DNA of 64,000 bases, taken from positions 1 to 64,000 of the forward strand of contig CAVSQB010000028.1 of the NCBI GenBank assembly GCA_963729895.1, given 5' to 3'. Source of the stretch: an uncultured Fibrobacterota bacterium (GTDB lineage Bacteria; Fibrobacterota; Chitinivibrionia; Chitinivibrionales; FEN-1185). Below are positions 17,680 to 28,239 of this stretch, piece after piece. Position 1 is the stretch's first letter; each line of letters begins with the position of its first letter. The notes beneath the pieces are model-generated. The model ran no database searches and was not told the DNA's origin. It worked only from the letters and a program-made list of their open reading frames with translations. The position numbers were made by a program, and so were the translations under genes.

Positions 17680-20130
17680 TTACGCCGGGGCCTGGCCCGA
17701 ATTCCCGGACCTCAAGCTCTGAATAAGAACCTCGAGTTCGTCCGGTTTCATGCGGACTTCCCGCATCTTGCTGCCTTCCGCCGGTCCGACGATGCCTGCC
17801 TGCTGGAGCTCGTCCATGATGCGGCCGGCGCGCGCGTAGCCGATCTTCATCCTGCGCTGCAGCAACGATGTGGAACCCTGCCCCATGCTCACGATGAGAC
17901 GCGCCGCCTCTTCGAACAGGTCGTCGCGGCCGCCGTCGGTGCTGTACGCGTCCGGACCGGCGGATGCGTCGCCCACGAGGTCGTGGAAATTCTCAAACTT
18001 TTCCATTTCGTACTTCTGCTCGTTGATTGCGGCAACGAGTTTTTCAACATCTTTTTCGGAGATATACGCGCCGTGATACCGTTCGAGGTCCGGGGCGCCG
18101 TTGCGCAGAAACAGCATGTCGCCCATGCCGAGGAGCTGTTCCGCTCCCTGATGGCCCAGGATGGTACGCGAATCTATGGCCTGGATGGTACGAAACGCCA
18201 CGCGCGACGCAAGGTTTGCCTTGATGGGACCGGTGATAATGTCCACCGATGGCCGCTGCGTGGCGACAACGAGGTGGATGCCGGCGGCGCGTCCGAGTTG
18301 CGCGATGCGAAGAATGTGGCTTTCGACATCTTTGGAGGCGGTGAGCATGAGGTCGGCGAGTTCGTCGACGAAAATAACGATGTGCGGCAGCGGGTTCTTC
18401 TCATCGTCGGTGAGGATCTCCTCGGCATAGTCTTTTGACACAAGGCGGATATTGGCCCCTTCGAGGTCGCGTGACCTGAGTTTCTTAAGCAGGGCGAACC
18501 GCCGCTGGATTTCCATGACCGCCCAGTACAGGGCCTTCACCGCTTCCTTGGGCTCCGTGACAACGGGCGACACAAGATGGGGAATGCCTTCGTAAATAGT
18601 GAGCTCGACTTTTTTTGGGTCGATCATGATGAGGCGGAGCTCTTCAGGCGTTTTCGTCATGAGCAGGCTGCAAATGATGGCGTTGATACACACGCTCTTG
18701 CCCGAACCGGTCTGGCCGGCCACCAGAAGATGCGGCATCCTGTCGATATCCGTGACAAAGGGGACCCCGGAAATGTTCTGCCCAACAATCATGGGCAGCT
18801 TTACTTTTGCTTTACTGAACGCCTCCGAAAGGAGGATGTGCTTGAAGTGCACGATCTGCTTGTTCCTGTTGGGCAGCTCGATGCCGATGGCGGCCTTGCC
18901 CGGAATGGGCGCCTCAATGCGGATCTTCTGGCCGCCCACCGCCATGGCGATGTCGTTCTGCAGATTAATGACCTTGCTCACCTTGACGCCGGGAGCGAGT
19001 TCGATTTCGTACCGGGTTACCACCGGGCCGTAGCACACGTTGCAGACCTTGCCTTCGATGTCGAAATTGAGCAGGGTGTTTTCCAGGATCTGCGAGTTTT
19101 CTTTGATGGCCTTTTCGTCGGCCTGCAGGGAGGTTTCGGGGGGCGAGGAGAGAATGTCGGGCTTCGGAAGCTGGTAGGGCTTCTGCTGCGACATGGCTTT
19201 CTGGGAAAGCCGGGGCGCCTTTTGACGCCGGCCCGTTTCGCCTGAGTCAAGATCGCCCCCGTCGCCTTCGGACGCCGGTTCGTCTGCGCCTTGCTCGTCG
19301 TTTTTGGACTGCACCGTCATGGTCATGATCTTGATGGGGTCTTTCAATTTCGCCCTAAACTTCTGCAATTCCTTTTCCTGCTGCTCCTGGCGCTCGCGGT
19401 CGATCGCGTCGCCGTCCCCCGCGCCGTCGCCGCCTGCGGGAGACGTGAGTGTTTCGGTTTCTTTCCGCCTTGTTTCGACGGACTTGACAAAAGGCGTCTG
19501 CCCGCCCTTCTGTTTTGCAAAAAGCCGCCCCAGCCACAGCGCAGAGGCAACAACAAACCCGTATGAGGCGATGCAGGCCGTGATGAGATTGATGCGGAAG
19601 CAGAGAAGGCCTGTTATGACAATCGCGAATACCGAAAGGAAATACGGCCCGAATCTGCGGCTGCCGAACAGGTAATGCAACCAATAGGTAACGGTGTTTC
19701 CAAGATAGTTCTCAGAAATAATGAAGGTTCCCCGGGCCAGGAAGGGAAGGTTGTATATGGACACAAGGAGGGAGATCTCGAGGACAAACGCCGACATGAA
19801 AAGCAGGGTAGTGGTGTGCAGGTCGGAGCCTGTGAGATTCTTCCACCCGATGGCGACCAGCATGAGCGGGAGAAGAAGCGAGGCGGGGGCGCCGAACAGG
19901 AACACCAGCCCCTTCGAAAGGGCGGTTCCCAGATAGGGCCCCAGGATATTTTCGGTGTTATTGACAAAAAAAGAAACGAGCGAAATGAAAACAAGCATGC
20001 CGGCGGCGAGAAACACGACGCCCCAGACCTCGTGACCGAAATTCGATTTCTGTTTCGCCCGCGGCTGCTTCTTTTCCCGCAGCGGCTTTTTGGTGTCTTC
20101 CTGTTCGTCGATGTCGTCGTTGTGCGCCAT
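17680..20130 (-). CDS. ftsK: DNA translocase FtsK
   Basis: N-terminal 4TM, GPVVTRYE, PHLLVAGQTGSGKS, DELADLM, ATQRPS, gamma domain SLLQRRMKIGYARAGR. Start placed at MAHNDD. Confidence 0.96.
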   Translation of the reverse strand: MAHNDDIDEQEDTKKPLREKKQPRAKQKSNFGHEVWGVVFLAAGMLVFISLVSFFVNNTENILGPYLGTALSKGLVFLFGAPASLLLPLMLVAIGWKNLTGSDLHTTTLLFMSAFVLEISLLVSIYNLPFLARGTFIISENYLGNTVTYWLHYLFGSRRFGPYFLSVFAIVITGLLCFRINLITACIASYGFVVASALWLGRLFAKQKGGQTPFVKSVETRRKETETLTSPAGGDGAGDGDAIDRERQEQQEKELQKFRAKLKDPIKIMTMTVQSKNDEQGADEPASEGDGGDLDSGETGRRQKAPRLSQKAMSQQKPYQLPKPDILSSPPETSLQADEKAIKENSQILENTLLNFDIEGKVCNVCYGPVVTRYEIELAPGVKVSKVINLQNDIAMAVGGQKIRIEAPIPGKAAIGIELPNRNKQIVHFKHILLSEAFSKAKVKLPMIVGQNISGVPFVTDIDRMPHLLVAGQTGSGKSVCINAIICSLLMTKTPEELRLIMIDPKKVELTIYEGIPHLVSPVVTEPKEAVKALYWAVMEIQRRFALLKKLRSRDLEGANIRLVSKDYAEEILTDDEKNPLPHIVIFVDELADLMLTASKDVESHILRIAQLGRAAGIHLVVATQRPSVDIITGPIKANLASRVAFRTIQAIDSRTILGHQGAEQLLGMGDMLFLRNGAPDLERYHGAYISEKDVEKLVAAINEQKYEMEKFENFHDLVGDASAGPDAYSTDGGRDDLFEEAARLIVSMGQGSTSLLQRRMKIGYARAGRIMDELQQAGIVGPAEGSKMREVRMKPDELEVLIQSLRSGNSGQAPA

Positions 20131-20137
20131 GGCGTGC

Positions 20138-20569
20138 TTACTCCGAGAGTTCCTTTTCGAGGGCGTAGAGCGAGAAACGCACCTGCTTTGCCACCTCGGA
20201 GCAGGCCGGCGCGCTCGACACCTTCGCGTATTCTTCAAGCGCGCGCGCGGCCTCCTGGCCGCGCTTGAAATTCGCGCGCAACACGTCGCCCGCGTTTCGG
20301 CGCGAAAGCTCTTCCGGTTTGTTAACATACGCAAACGGGTCCGATGCGATATCGCGGCCGGCAAGCAGTTTCTCCCTGCCGATCGCCGCCTCAACGGCGT
20401 CAAGCGAATGGCGCAGCGCCTTCGCCGACGCGGCCCTGCCCGCATCGGCCGATAGAAACCGGAAATACTCTTCAATGACGCGGAGCGCCTCACGAAGGCG
20501 GTTGAGGTTCACGTCGATGACCCGCAGAACCTGCTGATCTGTGAAGGTGGTGTTGGTGTGTCCCGGCAT
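20138..20569 (-). CDS. Stand-alone ThiD2-type domain (N-terminal domain of long ThiE proteins), putative HMP-phosphate kinase
   Basis: RVIDVNLNRLREALRVIEEYFRF...LRH...RD...D...ANFKRGQEAARALEEYAK...RFSLYALEK. Confidence 0.8.
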   Translation of the reverse strand: MPGHTNTTFTDQQVLRVIDVNLNRLREALRVIEEYFRFLSADAGRAASAKALRHSLDAVEAAIGREKLLAGRDIASDPFAYVNKPEELSRRNAGDVLRANFKRGQEAARALEEYAKVSSAPACSEVAKQVRFSLYALEKELSE

Positions 20570-20717
20570 CGGAAAGGGCCGCGTTTCCCCGTGTAGTGGT
20601 GAGAGGCGCAACAAATAGTAATAAAATATAAGTAATGGGCGCCGGGCCGGAATCGTATTTAACGGCAGGCCGGGGTGGATGGAATTATTTTACCGCCATA
20701 GCAGAAAAGGAACCGCG

Positions 20718-21086
20718 ATGTTCGAAATTTCCACCGAAGCAAGCTTCTCTGCGGCGCATCACCTTAACCGTTACGATGGTCCGTGCGAAAACGTACATGG
20801 GCACAACTGGCTCGTGCACGCCGTTGTCAAATGTGAAATCCTCAACGAACTGGGCATCGGCATCGATTTCAGGACCCTCAGGACCGCGCTTGCGCACGCG
20901 CTCAAGGAACTCGACCACACCGATCTCAATACGATTTTCGACGGCAAGGGCCTGAATCCTTCATCGGAGAACTGCGCCAGGTACATTTTTGAGCGGCTCG
21001 AGAACACGCTTGCACGGGAACAATGCCGCGTGGTCCGCGTCGAAGTGACCGAGACCCCGGGAAATACCGCCGCCTATTTCAGGTAA
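20718..21086 (+). CDS. queD: 6-carboxytetrahydropterin synthase
   Basis: FSAAHHL, CENVHGHNW, LDHTDLN, PSSEN, ETP. Confidence 0.92.
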   Translation: MFEISTEASFSAAHHLNRYDGPCENVHGHNWLVHAVVKCEILNELGIGIDFRTLRTALAHALKELDHTDLNTIFDGKGLNPSSENCARYIFERLENTLAREQCRVVRVEVTETPGNTAAYFR

Positions 21087-21089
21087 CCC

Positions 21090-21725
21090 ATGCTTACCGT
21101 GTGCGAAACCTTCAGGAGCATCCAGGGCGAATCCACGTTTGCCGGCGAAATGTGCGCGTTTGTGCGTCTTTCCGGGTGCAACCTCCGGTGTTCCTACTGC
21201 GACACGGTGTATGCCCGCGACGGCGGCGCTTCCCGCAGCGTGGACGACGTGCATGCCTGGGTGCGCGGCCAGGAATGCCGGCTCGTGGAAATCACGGGCG
21301 GCGAACCCCTGCTTCAGAAAGACACGGTGGAGCTTGCCGGCCGCCTGTGCGACGACGGCCACACCGTGCTCATCGAGACCAACGGCACGCTTGATATTTC
21401 TCCGCTGCCGGAACCATGCGTCCGTATTGTGGATGTGAAGTGCCCATCGAGCGGCGCTGCCGATTCCTTCTTCACGAACAATGTGAACGAGCTGCGACTC
21501 CACGACGAATGCAAATTCGTGGTGTCGAACCGGGCCGATTTCGACTGGGCGCGCGAGTTTACCGCAAAATTCCGGCTTGCGGGGCGGTGCACCGTCATCT
21601 TCTCTCCCGCCTGGAACGTGGTGACGCCGGGCGACCTTGCGGCCTGGATGCTCGAAAAGAACACCGGCGCGCGTCTGGGCCTGCAGTTGCAGAAGTATAT
21701 CTGGGGCGATGCGAGGGGGAGATAG
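21090..21725 (+). CDS. queE: 7-carboxy-7-deazaguanine synthase (radical SAM)
   Basis: [37 protein letters not shown]. Confidence 0.93.
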   Translation: MLTVCETFRSIQGESTFAGEMCAFVRLSGCNLRCSYCDTVYARDGGASRSVDDVHAWVRGQECRLVEITGGEPLLQKDTVELAGRLCDDGHTVLIETNGTLDISPLPEPCVRIVDVKCPSSGAADSFFTNNVNELRLHDECKFVVSNRADFDWAREFTAKFRLAGRCTVIFSPAWNVVTPGDLAAWMLEKNTGARLGLQLQKYIWGDARGR

Positions 21726-21726
21726 G

Positions 21727-22458
21727 ATGAAAAAAAAAGCGATAGTCCTTCTGAGCGGCGGCCTCGATTCCGCGACCTGCATGGCCATTGCCAAATCGGA
21801 ACATTTCGAACTTCACGCGCTCAGTTTCGACTACGGCCAGCGGCATCGCGTGGAACTTGCGGCTGCCAAGCGCGTCGCCCGGTTCTTCTCGGCGGCGCAG
21901 CAGCGGGTCATCCGCATTGATGGTGCCGCCGTCGCGGGCTCTTCCCTCACGTCAAGCAAGCCGGTGCCCAAGAACCGGACGGCACATCGAATCGCTGCCG
22001 GCACCCCGAACACCTATGTGCCTGCGCGCAACACCATTTTTCTTTCGTATGCACTTGCGTTTGCGGAAACTCTCGGCAGCTGCGACATCTTTATCGGCGT
22101 CAACGCGCTCGACTATTCGGGCTACCCCGATTGCCGCCCCGAATTCATCGCTGCGTTCGAGCGCGTGGCAAACCTCGCCACCAAGGCCGGGGTTGAGGGC
22201 TGCCGCATGACCATCCACGCGCCGCTCGTCAATTTGACAAAAGCGCAGATTATCAGGCGCGGCGCGGCGCTCGGCGTCGATTATTCGATAACGCATTCCT
22301 GCTACGACCCGCTGGCGAGCGGCGCCGCCTGCGGGTCGTGCGACAGCTGCGTGCTGCGCAAAAAGGGTTTCCGCGAGGCGGGAGTGGAGGATCCAACGAC
22401 ATACGGGAAACAAAAGGCTTGTCGCAAAGATCGCAAAGGGTTTGCTGTAATAATGTAG
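21727..22458 (+). CDS. queC: 7-cyano-7-deazaguanine synthase
   Basis: LSGGLDS, YGQRH, YVPARN, YPDCRP, SCY...CGSCDSC.LR. Confidence 0.96.
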   Translation: MKKKAIVLLSGGLDSATCMAIAKSEHFELHALSFDYGQRHRVELAAAKRVARFFSAAQQRVIRIDGAAVAGSSLTSSKPVPKNRTAHRIAAGTPNTYVPARNTIFLSYALAFAETLGSCDIFIGVNALDYSGYPDCRPEFIAAFERVANLATKAGVEGCRMTIHAPLVNLTKAQIIRRGAALGVDYSITHSCYDPLASGAACGSCDSCVLRKKGFREAGVEDPTTYGKQKACRKDRKGFAVIM

Positions 22459-22639
22459 TAATGCAATAACGTGGGATCCTTTCGGTATTTCTCGATCATG
22501 TAAATAGTGTACAACGCGCCGGAAAAGATATTGCTACCTATACCTTTTTGTTTCGGCTCATCTATCTACTATTTTGCTGGTACGGCGGCTCGGACATATC
22601 TTTCATCGCCGGAACCCGTTTACCCTCAGGGAGGCCCTT

Positions 22640-23275
22640 ATGAGACATTCACGTTTGCTGCTTCTGTGCGCCATGCTGGTGTTCGTTTCCTCAGGCGCGG
22701 CGTCAGCGAAGACTCTGCTTGAAAAGTCGATTTATTTCGTGAACCCGGCCACCGGGAAAATCGACAGCACCAAGTACTGGAAGATATTCATAGGCACGTA
22801 TCCGGCAATAACGCTCGTGCGCAAATTTCCCGGCGAAGATTCGCTGCCGGTAAACTCGGACATCAATCTCACCGTGCTGTCGAGCGGCTATATCGAAGGG
22901 TACGGCTACACCAGGAAGGGGAAGGTCGACTGCATGGCAATCTTCGTCATCGACACCGGCGGCGGCGCCGTCAAACTCCCGGTTGACAGCATAGAATACA
23001 TGTACGCGGGCGGAGCAAAAGTGAAGCCGCGGGGCATGAAGGCGTGCGATGCGGCCATCGACGTGGAAGGCAACAAGGTTCCGGGCGTCAAGAAAATGCT
23101 GCTCACCAAGTACAAGCTTGTTGTCGACGCGGACGAACGCAACCTGAAACCGCTCGGCGACATGGACATCGAACTGTTCGCCTTTTCCAAAAAAGGTCTT
23201 GCCGAGGCTCAGAAGGCGGAGAAGGAAAATGCCCCCGCGACGCCGGCCCCGCCCGCGGAAAAATCCGACAAATAA
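22640..23275 (+). CDS. Exported hypothetical protein
   Basis: GGAGG RBS, signal peptide MRHSRLLLLCAMLVFVSSGAASA, coding-like codon bias. Confidence 0.72.
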   Translation: MRHSRLLLLCAMLVFVSSGAASAKTLLEKSIYFVNPATGKIDSTKYWKIFIGTYPAITLVRKFPGEDSLPVNSDINLTVLSSGYIEGYGYTRKGKVDCMAIFVIDTGGGAVKLPVDSIEYMYAGGAKVKPRGMKACDAAIDVEGNKVPGVKKMLLTKYKLVVDADERNLKPLGDMDIELFAFSKKGLAEAQKAEKENAPATPAPPAEKSDK

Positions 23276-23298
23276 AGGCCCGTTTGCCGAAGGGGATG

Positions 23299-23367
23299 TG
23301 GTCATCCGACAGGCCTCGCCGGTCGGATGACCAGGGAAGCACGGATTCGCGGAGCAGGTGTGCTTCC
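23299..23367. terminator. Two adjacent hairpins between convergent genes (possible bidirectional terminator/stabiliser)
   Basis: TGGTCATCCGAC/GTCGGATGACCA (12-bp stem) and GGAAGCAC/GTGCTTCC. No U-tract. Confidence 0.4.
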
Positions 23368-23951
23368 GTGGCCACCGCCGGCGGGCTGAACTTCATTTCC
23401 ACGAATTCGTTACTTCGCCATCTGGGACGAAAACAAACTCGCCCGGTTCCGGCCGCTCCCTTTTGAAAAGTAGAGCGCTTTGTCGGCCGCGTCTATGAGC
23501 GCCTGCTGGGTAGTTGCATGGACGGGCATCACCGAGCAGCCGAGGCTGATGGTTACGTGGAGCCTGTTGTCAAGCGAGACAATGGTGTGCTGCTCCACGG
23601 TGCGGCGGATCCGTTCCGCTATCACCATGGCGCCTTCCGGCCCTGTTTCGGGAATAATCACGGTGAATTCCTCGCCGCCGTATCGCGCCGCGATGTCGTT
23701 GATGCGGATCGACTGCCTGATGCACGCGGAAATTTCCTTGAGAACCAGGTCGCCCACAGGGTGGCCGTAGGTATCGTTGAACGATTTGAAGTGGTCGATG
23801 TCCATCAGCAGAAGCGACAGGGGCCGCTGGTACCGGCGCGAGCGCTCCATCTCCTTGGCTAGCAGTTCCTGAAAGGTGCGGTGGTTGTTGAGAAGGGTGA
23901 GGCCGTCGGTGGTGGCGAGCGTTTCCATTTTCTGATACAGTTGCGCCCTAG

Positions 23952-25263
23952 CAGGTTGTTGAAATAGTCCTAACAGAAGCGCTCTTGTTGATTTTTTATG
24001 AACCTAACTTCAACTTTACATATGTCAGAGAGGTTTTACCTGCCTCGTTCCGAGGCATTTCCCCGGATTCCCAGGCCATTCTCATGCTGCCCCCACCGTT
24101 TGCGGCATCAACTTAACCATGCGTATCAAGTTGTACGCTGCGGCAACCACGTAGGCAACAGTCTGGTTGATTCGTATTCCTCTTACCCGAGTTTTCCGCA
24201 GGCCACCGACGCTCTTGATCCACCCAAATATCTCTTCAACCCGTTTTCGTTTCCGTTGACTTACGCTGTATCCCTTATGCCGAGTCGTTCTTCCATCCAA
24301 CCCTTTAAGCGAAGTGTTGGCCTTCTCGGCAATGTGAGGCTTCACGTGCAGGCGTCGCAGGCTCTTGATAAATTCGGTTGCATGATACCCTTTGTCTGCA
24401 CCCACCGTCTTCATCCGGCGTTTTCCGCGCCTGCGTTCATGCTTTATCAGCTCAAGCGCCATATCCCGTTCCGCTGTCCCCGTCGCTGGCGCAATGGCGA
24501 TATCAACACACAACCCATTTCGGTTTTCCATCAGCACGTGACCGGAATACGCCAGCTGCGCTCCCGTTCTCTTGTTCTTCCGAGCCAACAGCGCCTCTGG
24601 ATCGGTCGAACTCTGATGTGTCTCATTGCTTCGCTTCTCATGGTGGAAATCAACCGACGGATTACTCCGATCATCGTCAGTCTTGTTCGCCGATTCCGCG
24701 TCTTTTCGCTTGAAGCTCTTCATCGATGCCCAGGCTTCAATCAACGTGCCGTCAACCGTGAAATGCTCATCGGACAACAACTCTTCGGAACGAGCAAGAC
24801 GCACGATTTCCTGCATCAGCCGGTGCGCAATCTCCTGTTCCATAAGTCGATCTCGGTTCTTCGAAAACACACTATGATCAAACGATGCCGCATCCAGATC
24901 CATGTCAAGAAACCATCGGAACAGAATGTTATAGTCCAGCATCTCGCAAAACAACCGGTCCGACCGTATCGAAAACAAAGCCATCAATATCTGTGCTTTC
25001 AAAAGCCATTCCGGCGGTATCGAAGGGCGTCCCATCCGGCTGTACATCGCCTCAAAGTCACGAGAAAGGCGGCGCAGCGCTATGTCCGTAAACTGTTTGA
25101 CACGACGAAGCGGGTGCGTTGCCGGCACTCGGGAATCCGGAGAAACGAAGCTGAACATACCGCCTTGGGCTGGCTGGGAACCTCTCATCAATACTCCTTG
25201 GTTGGGGTTCCCCTATAATATAAGGATAAATGTTTACAAAAGGGAGACTTTTTCAACACCCTG
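23952..25263 (-). mobile_element. IS5-family (DUF772+DDE type) element, 1312 bp, CTAG target duplication; intact copy
   Basis: Ends CAGGTTGTTGAAATAGTC / CAGGGTGTTGAAAAAGTC (16/18). CTAG at 23948-23951 and 25264-25267. Confidence 0.93.
24082..25191 (-). CDS. IS5-family transposase
   Basis: HPLR, GRPSIPPE, LFRWF, VDGTLIEAWAS, GADKGY, RKRVEEIFGW.K. Confidence 0.93.
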   Translation of the reverse strand: MMRGSQPAQGGMFSFVSPDSRVPATHPLRRVKQFTDIALRRLSRDFEAMYSRMGRPSIPPEWLLKAQILMALFSIRSDRLFCEMLDYNILFRWFLDMDLDAASFDHSVFSKNRDRLMEQEIAHRLMQEIVRLARSEELLSDEHFTVDGTLIEAWASMKSFKRKDAESANKTDDDRSNPSVDFHHEKRSNETHQSSTDPEALLARKNKRTGAQLAYSGHVLMENRNGLCVDIAIAPATGTAERDMALELIKHERRRGKRRMKTVGADKGYHATEFIKSLRRLHVKPHIAEKANTSLKGLDGRTTRHKGYSVSQRKRKRVEEIFGWIKSVGGLRKTRVRGIRINQTVAYVVAAAYNLIRMVKLMPQTVGAA

Positions 25264-27011
25264 CTAGTGATCGCCACGGAAGCATTGCCGAGCAGGGTTG
25301 ACAAATACTTTTCGGTTTCCCCCGCGAACTGGTTGGCGGCGTCGCTTTCGATTGACAGCAGGCCAAGGATTCGCTGTTCGTCGTCGAAGATCGGGATGAT
25401 GATGAGCGACTGGAGTGCCTCGTTGTACGGCTCGTTGGGCAGGAACCGGTAGTATTTGCCTCGATAGGCTTGAAAGGTGCCTATGTTGACGGTAGTCCGC
25501 TTTGTGAATGCGTAGGAGTACAGCCCCGCATTTATGGAGAATGCCAGGCCTTCCTGAATGTCCGGCGAAGGGCCTACAACCCTGTTGACTACGCCGTCCC
25601 TTGTCTGTTCGTTGAACGTCACGATCATCATGCGCGTGGAAGCGGTGAGCAGGCCGATCATCCTGAACAGCACCTCAAATACTTGGTTGGTGCGCAGGGC
25701 GGTGATGAATTGCTGGGAGGCCTCGTAGAATATTTGAAAGCTCTTTGCCGCCTTTTCCTGGTCGAGCCGCATCCGCATGTTGGCGATAAGCGCCGCGGCG
25801 AGCACCGAGAAACGGCGCATCAGGTCTTGGTGATGTTCTGTAAAGCTGTTCTTGTCCAGGCTATCGACAACCAGCGCGCCCAGAAGCTCCCTGGAATCGG
25901 ACAGGATGGGCACGGCCAGCACCGAATTGATGGCCTCGTGGGTGCCGTAATAGAGCAGTTTTTCCGGGTACAAGGACAAATCGCCGCTCATGAAGGAGTT
26001 CTTTTCCATGCCCACCCGCCCCACCACGCCGATGCCGAGCGGAATTTCCAGTCCCGCAATGATGGAGCTGTTCCTGGAATGGAACGAATTGAGCGTGAAG
26101 GCGTTCCGTGCGGAATCGTACACGAACCCGAGCGCGGAATAGGCCTTGAAGTTCCGGCTCATGAAATACACGACGCTCGACAACAGGTCGTCCATACCGG
26201 ATTTGTTGTAAAGGCCGGTGTCCTGCTCCAGCATCAGGATCTTTGACTTGCCGGGCGCCGGCGGCGCCGGCCTGGGTGCCTGCGGCTGCAAAGACGCGCC
26301 CCCTGCTGTTGATTTTTGTGAATTCGCCGCGCTCCTGCTTATCCGGACCGCAGCATAGGGAATGATGCCGGACAGCAGCAGGCTTGCCAGGGGCCCAACA
26401 AGCGGGGAAGCCCTGGTCAGAAGCACGTTCCGCCACTCCGCCGATTGAAATACGTTGAGATAGCCGACGGCAAAGAGCGACCCAAGTTCCGCGCACAGGA
26501 TAAATGCCAGGACGGCGAGCCAGGGGAGAAACCTGCCCAACGACGCATACAGCAATATCACGGCATAGTAGGAGAGAAACAGTGGCGACGCAGGGTAGCC
26601 GTAGGTTGCATCGTGTCCGGAAAAATGAACCGCGCACACTGCGAGAAAGGAAAGTCCCCATGCCGGGCCGAGTCTTGTGAACGCGGGTTTCCTGGAGCGC
26701 GCGGCCCCGAGCGCCGAAACGATGCACGCCGCGAGCACGAGGCCAAAGCCCTCTGCAAGGAACGGAATCTGCGAAAGAAGCGGGTCCGCCTTTCCCGAAA
26801 CCGTTATGCCGGCGCCACAGGCGAATAACAGCGCCAGGCCGGTGTTCGGCAGGGTATGACTTTTGTCATGCATATAAATACACGAGCGATGCCAAAGATT
26901 GAGGTTCCATTTTGACGGCAAAGATTCGTATTTTATACTGGGCGAACGGCGTCCTCAAGAAATCGGACGCGCAGGAAAGGTACTGGACATTAGACATTGT
27001 ATTATGAGCGC

Positions 27012-28118
27012 ATGAGAAAATCAAAGACTTTCGGAAGTTTGAAATCCTTTTTATCAAGAGTCCTCCCGAGAGAGGTGCGGCTTTCGCTGCTGCGTTGGAG
27101 CATCGAACGCGCCTGCAAGTCGCCGCACTTTGTGTTCCCCAGCCCGTTAGGGGTTTCGGCGCGGATCCTTGTGATAGTGCCTGCCGATCCCCTTCTCGCA
27201 CTTTGTCAGATGCCGGGCGTTGCGGCGATTGCGGGCCGGTGCACGACGGGTCACTGTGCCGTCCTGTGTGAGAGGCGGGCAGCGCCCTTCTTCAGGACGG
27301 TAACGGGGATTTCCGAATTCATCGAGTACGACGCGGCCGAGCAGTACCTGTTTTCAAAACAGTTTGACAAAATAGGAAGAGACGTGCACGCCGGACGCTA
27401 CGAGGTATGCGTGATGCTGGATATGAAACCCGACATCCCCCTGCTCTGCGTTGCGGGCAAGAGTGCGGCGTCGGTGCGCATCGGCATCAGCGGCGCCGGG
27501 GACTACCCGTTCCTCAACGTGCATGTTAACCCTGTCCCCGGCCGAAGCTACCTTCCGGACAAGGGGCTTCTTTTGGCAGCCTCGCTGGGAGTGCCGGTGC
27601 GGCCTATGGCACGGTGGAGCGTTGCAAAGGAATCGGTGGAGGAAGTGGGGCATATGCTGCGGGAAATGAACCTTGCGCCCCCGGCGAGGCTTGTCGGCAT
27701 AGACGGCCTGTACTTCTACCGCCGCTTCGGGGAAAAGTGGACGCAGGCGCTGGTAGCTGCGCTCCGCGGAAGGCCGTGTATCTGTTACTTCTTTTCCCAT
27801 GGCGAACCTGAAGCCGGCGCTTCCGGCTGGTTGCGGCAACTCGGCGTGCCGGTTCTTTCGAACCTTACCGCGTCCCGGTGCGCCGCGCTCATTTATAAAT
27901 CGGAGTTTCTCGTCGCGGGGGCCACCGTTCTGTTCGAGCTGGCCGATGTGATGCACAAGCCGGTGGTGGGCGTGTTTGAGGCCCGCGAGTTCGACACGCT
28001 CTGCAGGGAATCCGACACCACTAAGGGCCTGAGATTCGACACGCAGCCCGATGGCGGTACCATCGAATCGGTGGGGCGCATGCTTGACGAATACATCAGC
28101 GGGCGCGCATCCCGCTGA
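27012..28118 (+). CDS. Divergent glycosyltransferase family 9 (heptosyltransferase-like) protein
   Basis: Overall GT9-like layout (ILVI.P..., YEVCVML, ASVRIG, AALIYKSEFLV, KPVVGVF) without the canonical DSG..H motif. Confidence 0.55.
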   Translation: MRKSKTFGSLKSFLSRVLPREVRLSLLRWSIERACKSPHFVFPSPLGVSARILVIVPADPLLALCQMPGVAAIAGRCTTGHCAVLCERRAAPFFRTVTGISEFIEYDAAEQYLFSKQFDKIGRDVHAGRYEVCVMLDMKPDIPLLCVAGKSAASVRIGISGAGDYPFLNVHVNPVPGRSYLPDKGLLLAASLGVPVRPMARWSVAKESVEEVGHMLREMNLAPPARLVGIDGLYFYRRFGEKWTQALVAALRGRPCICYFFSHGEPEAGASGWLRQLGVPVLSNLTASRCAALIYKSEFLVAGATVLFELADVMHKPVVGVFEAREFDTLCRESDTTKGLRFDTQPDGGTIESVGRMLDEYISGRASR

Positions 28119-28239
28119 GTACGCGGCAGACGTATGCCGCGATGAGAAGGGCTATGCGGACGAAGAGGAGCAAGGCTGCCATTGCCCGACGTTTACCTGC
28201 TTTTGCCATGGTGTATTTTGGACCAAGAGGAACGGTTCC

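Larger units (their letters stand above)
23410..26873 (-). pseudogene. Membrane-anchored GAF-GAF-GGDEF diguanylate cyclase interrupted by an IS5-type element
   Basis: 5' part (TM helices + two GAF-like domains) at 25264-26873 and GGEEF domain at 23410-23951. Removing the IS and one CTAG restores the frame: ...ASVAIT-RAQLYQK-METLATTDGLT. Confidence 0.92.

Noticed and set aside
20131..20493. N-terminal extension of the 937-aa FtsK ORF
   Set aside because: Overlaps the ThiD2-like gene in another frame and is Arg-rich nonsense; real start placed at 20130.
20580..20717. Possible preQ1 riboswitch ahead of queDEC, or a 7-deazaguanine DNA-modification island
   Set aside because: No preQ1 stem/A-rich tail pattern seen and no dpdA/tgt-like gene nearby; ordinary queuosine precursor synthesis is the simplest reading.
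23998..25218. 406-aa ORF antisense to the IS5 transposase (likewise 47249-48439)
   Set aside because: Shadow ORFs with no motifs; the sense strand is a clear transposase.
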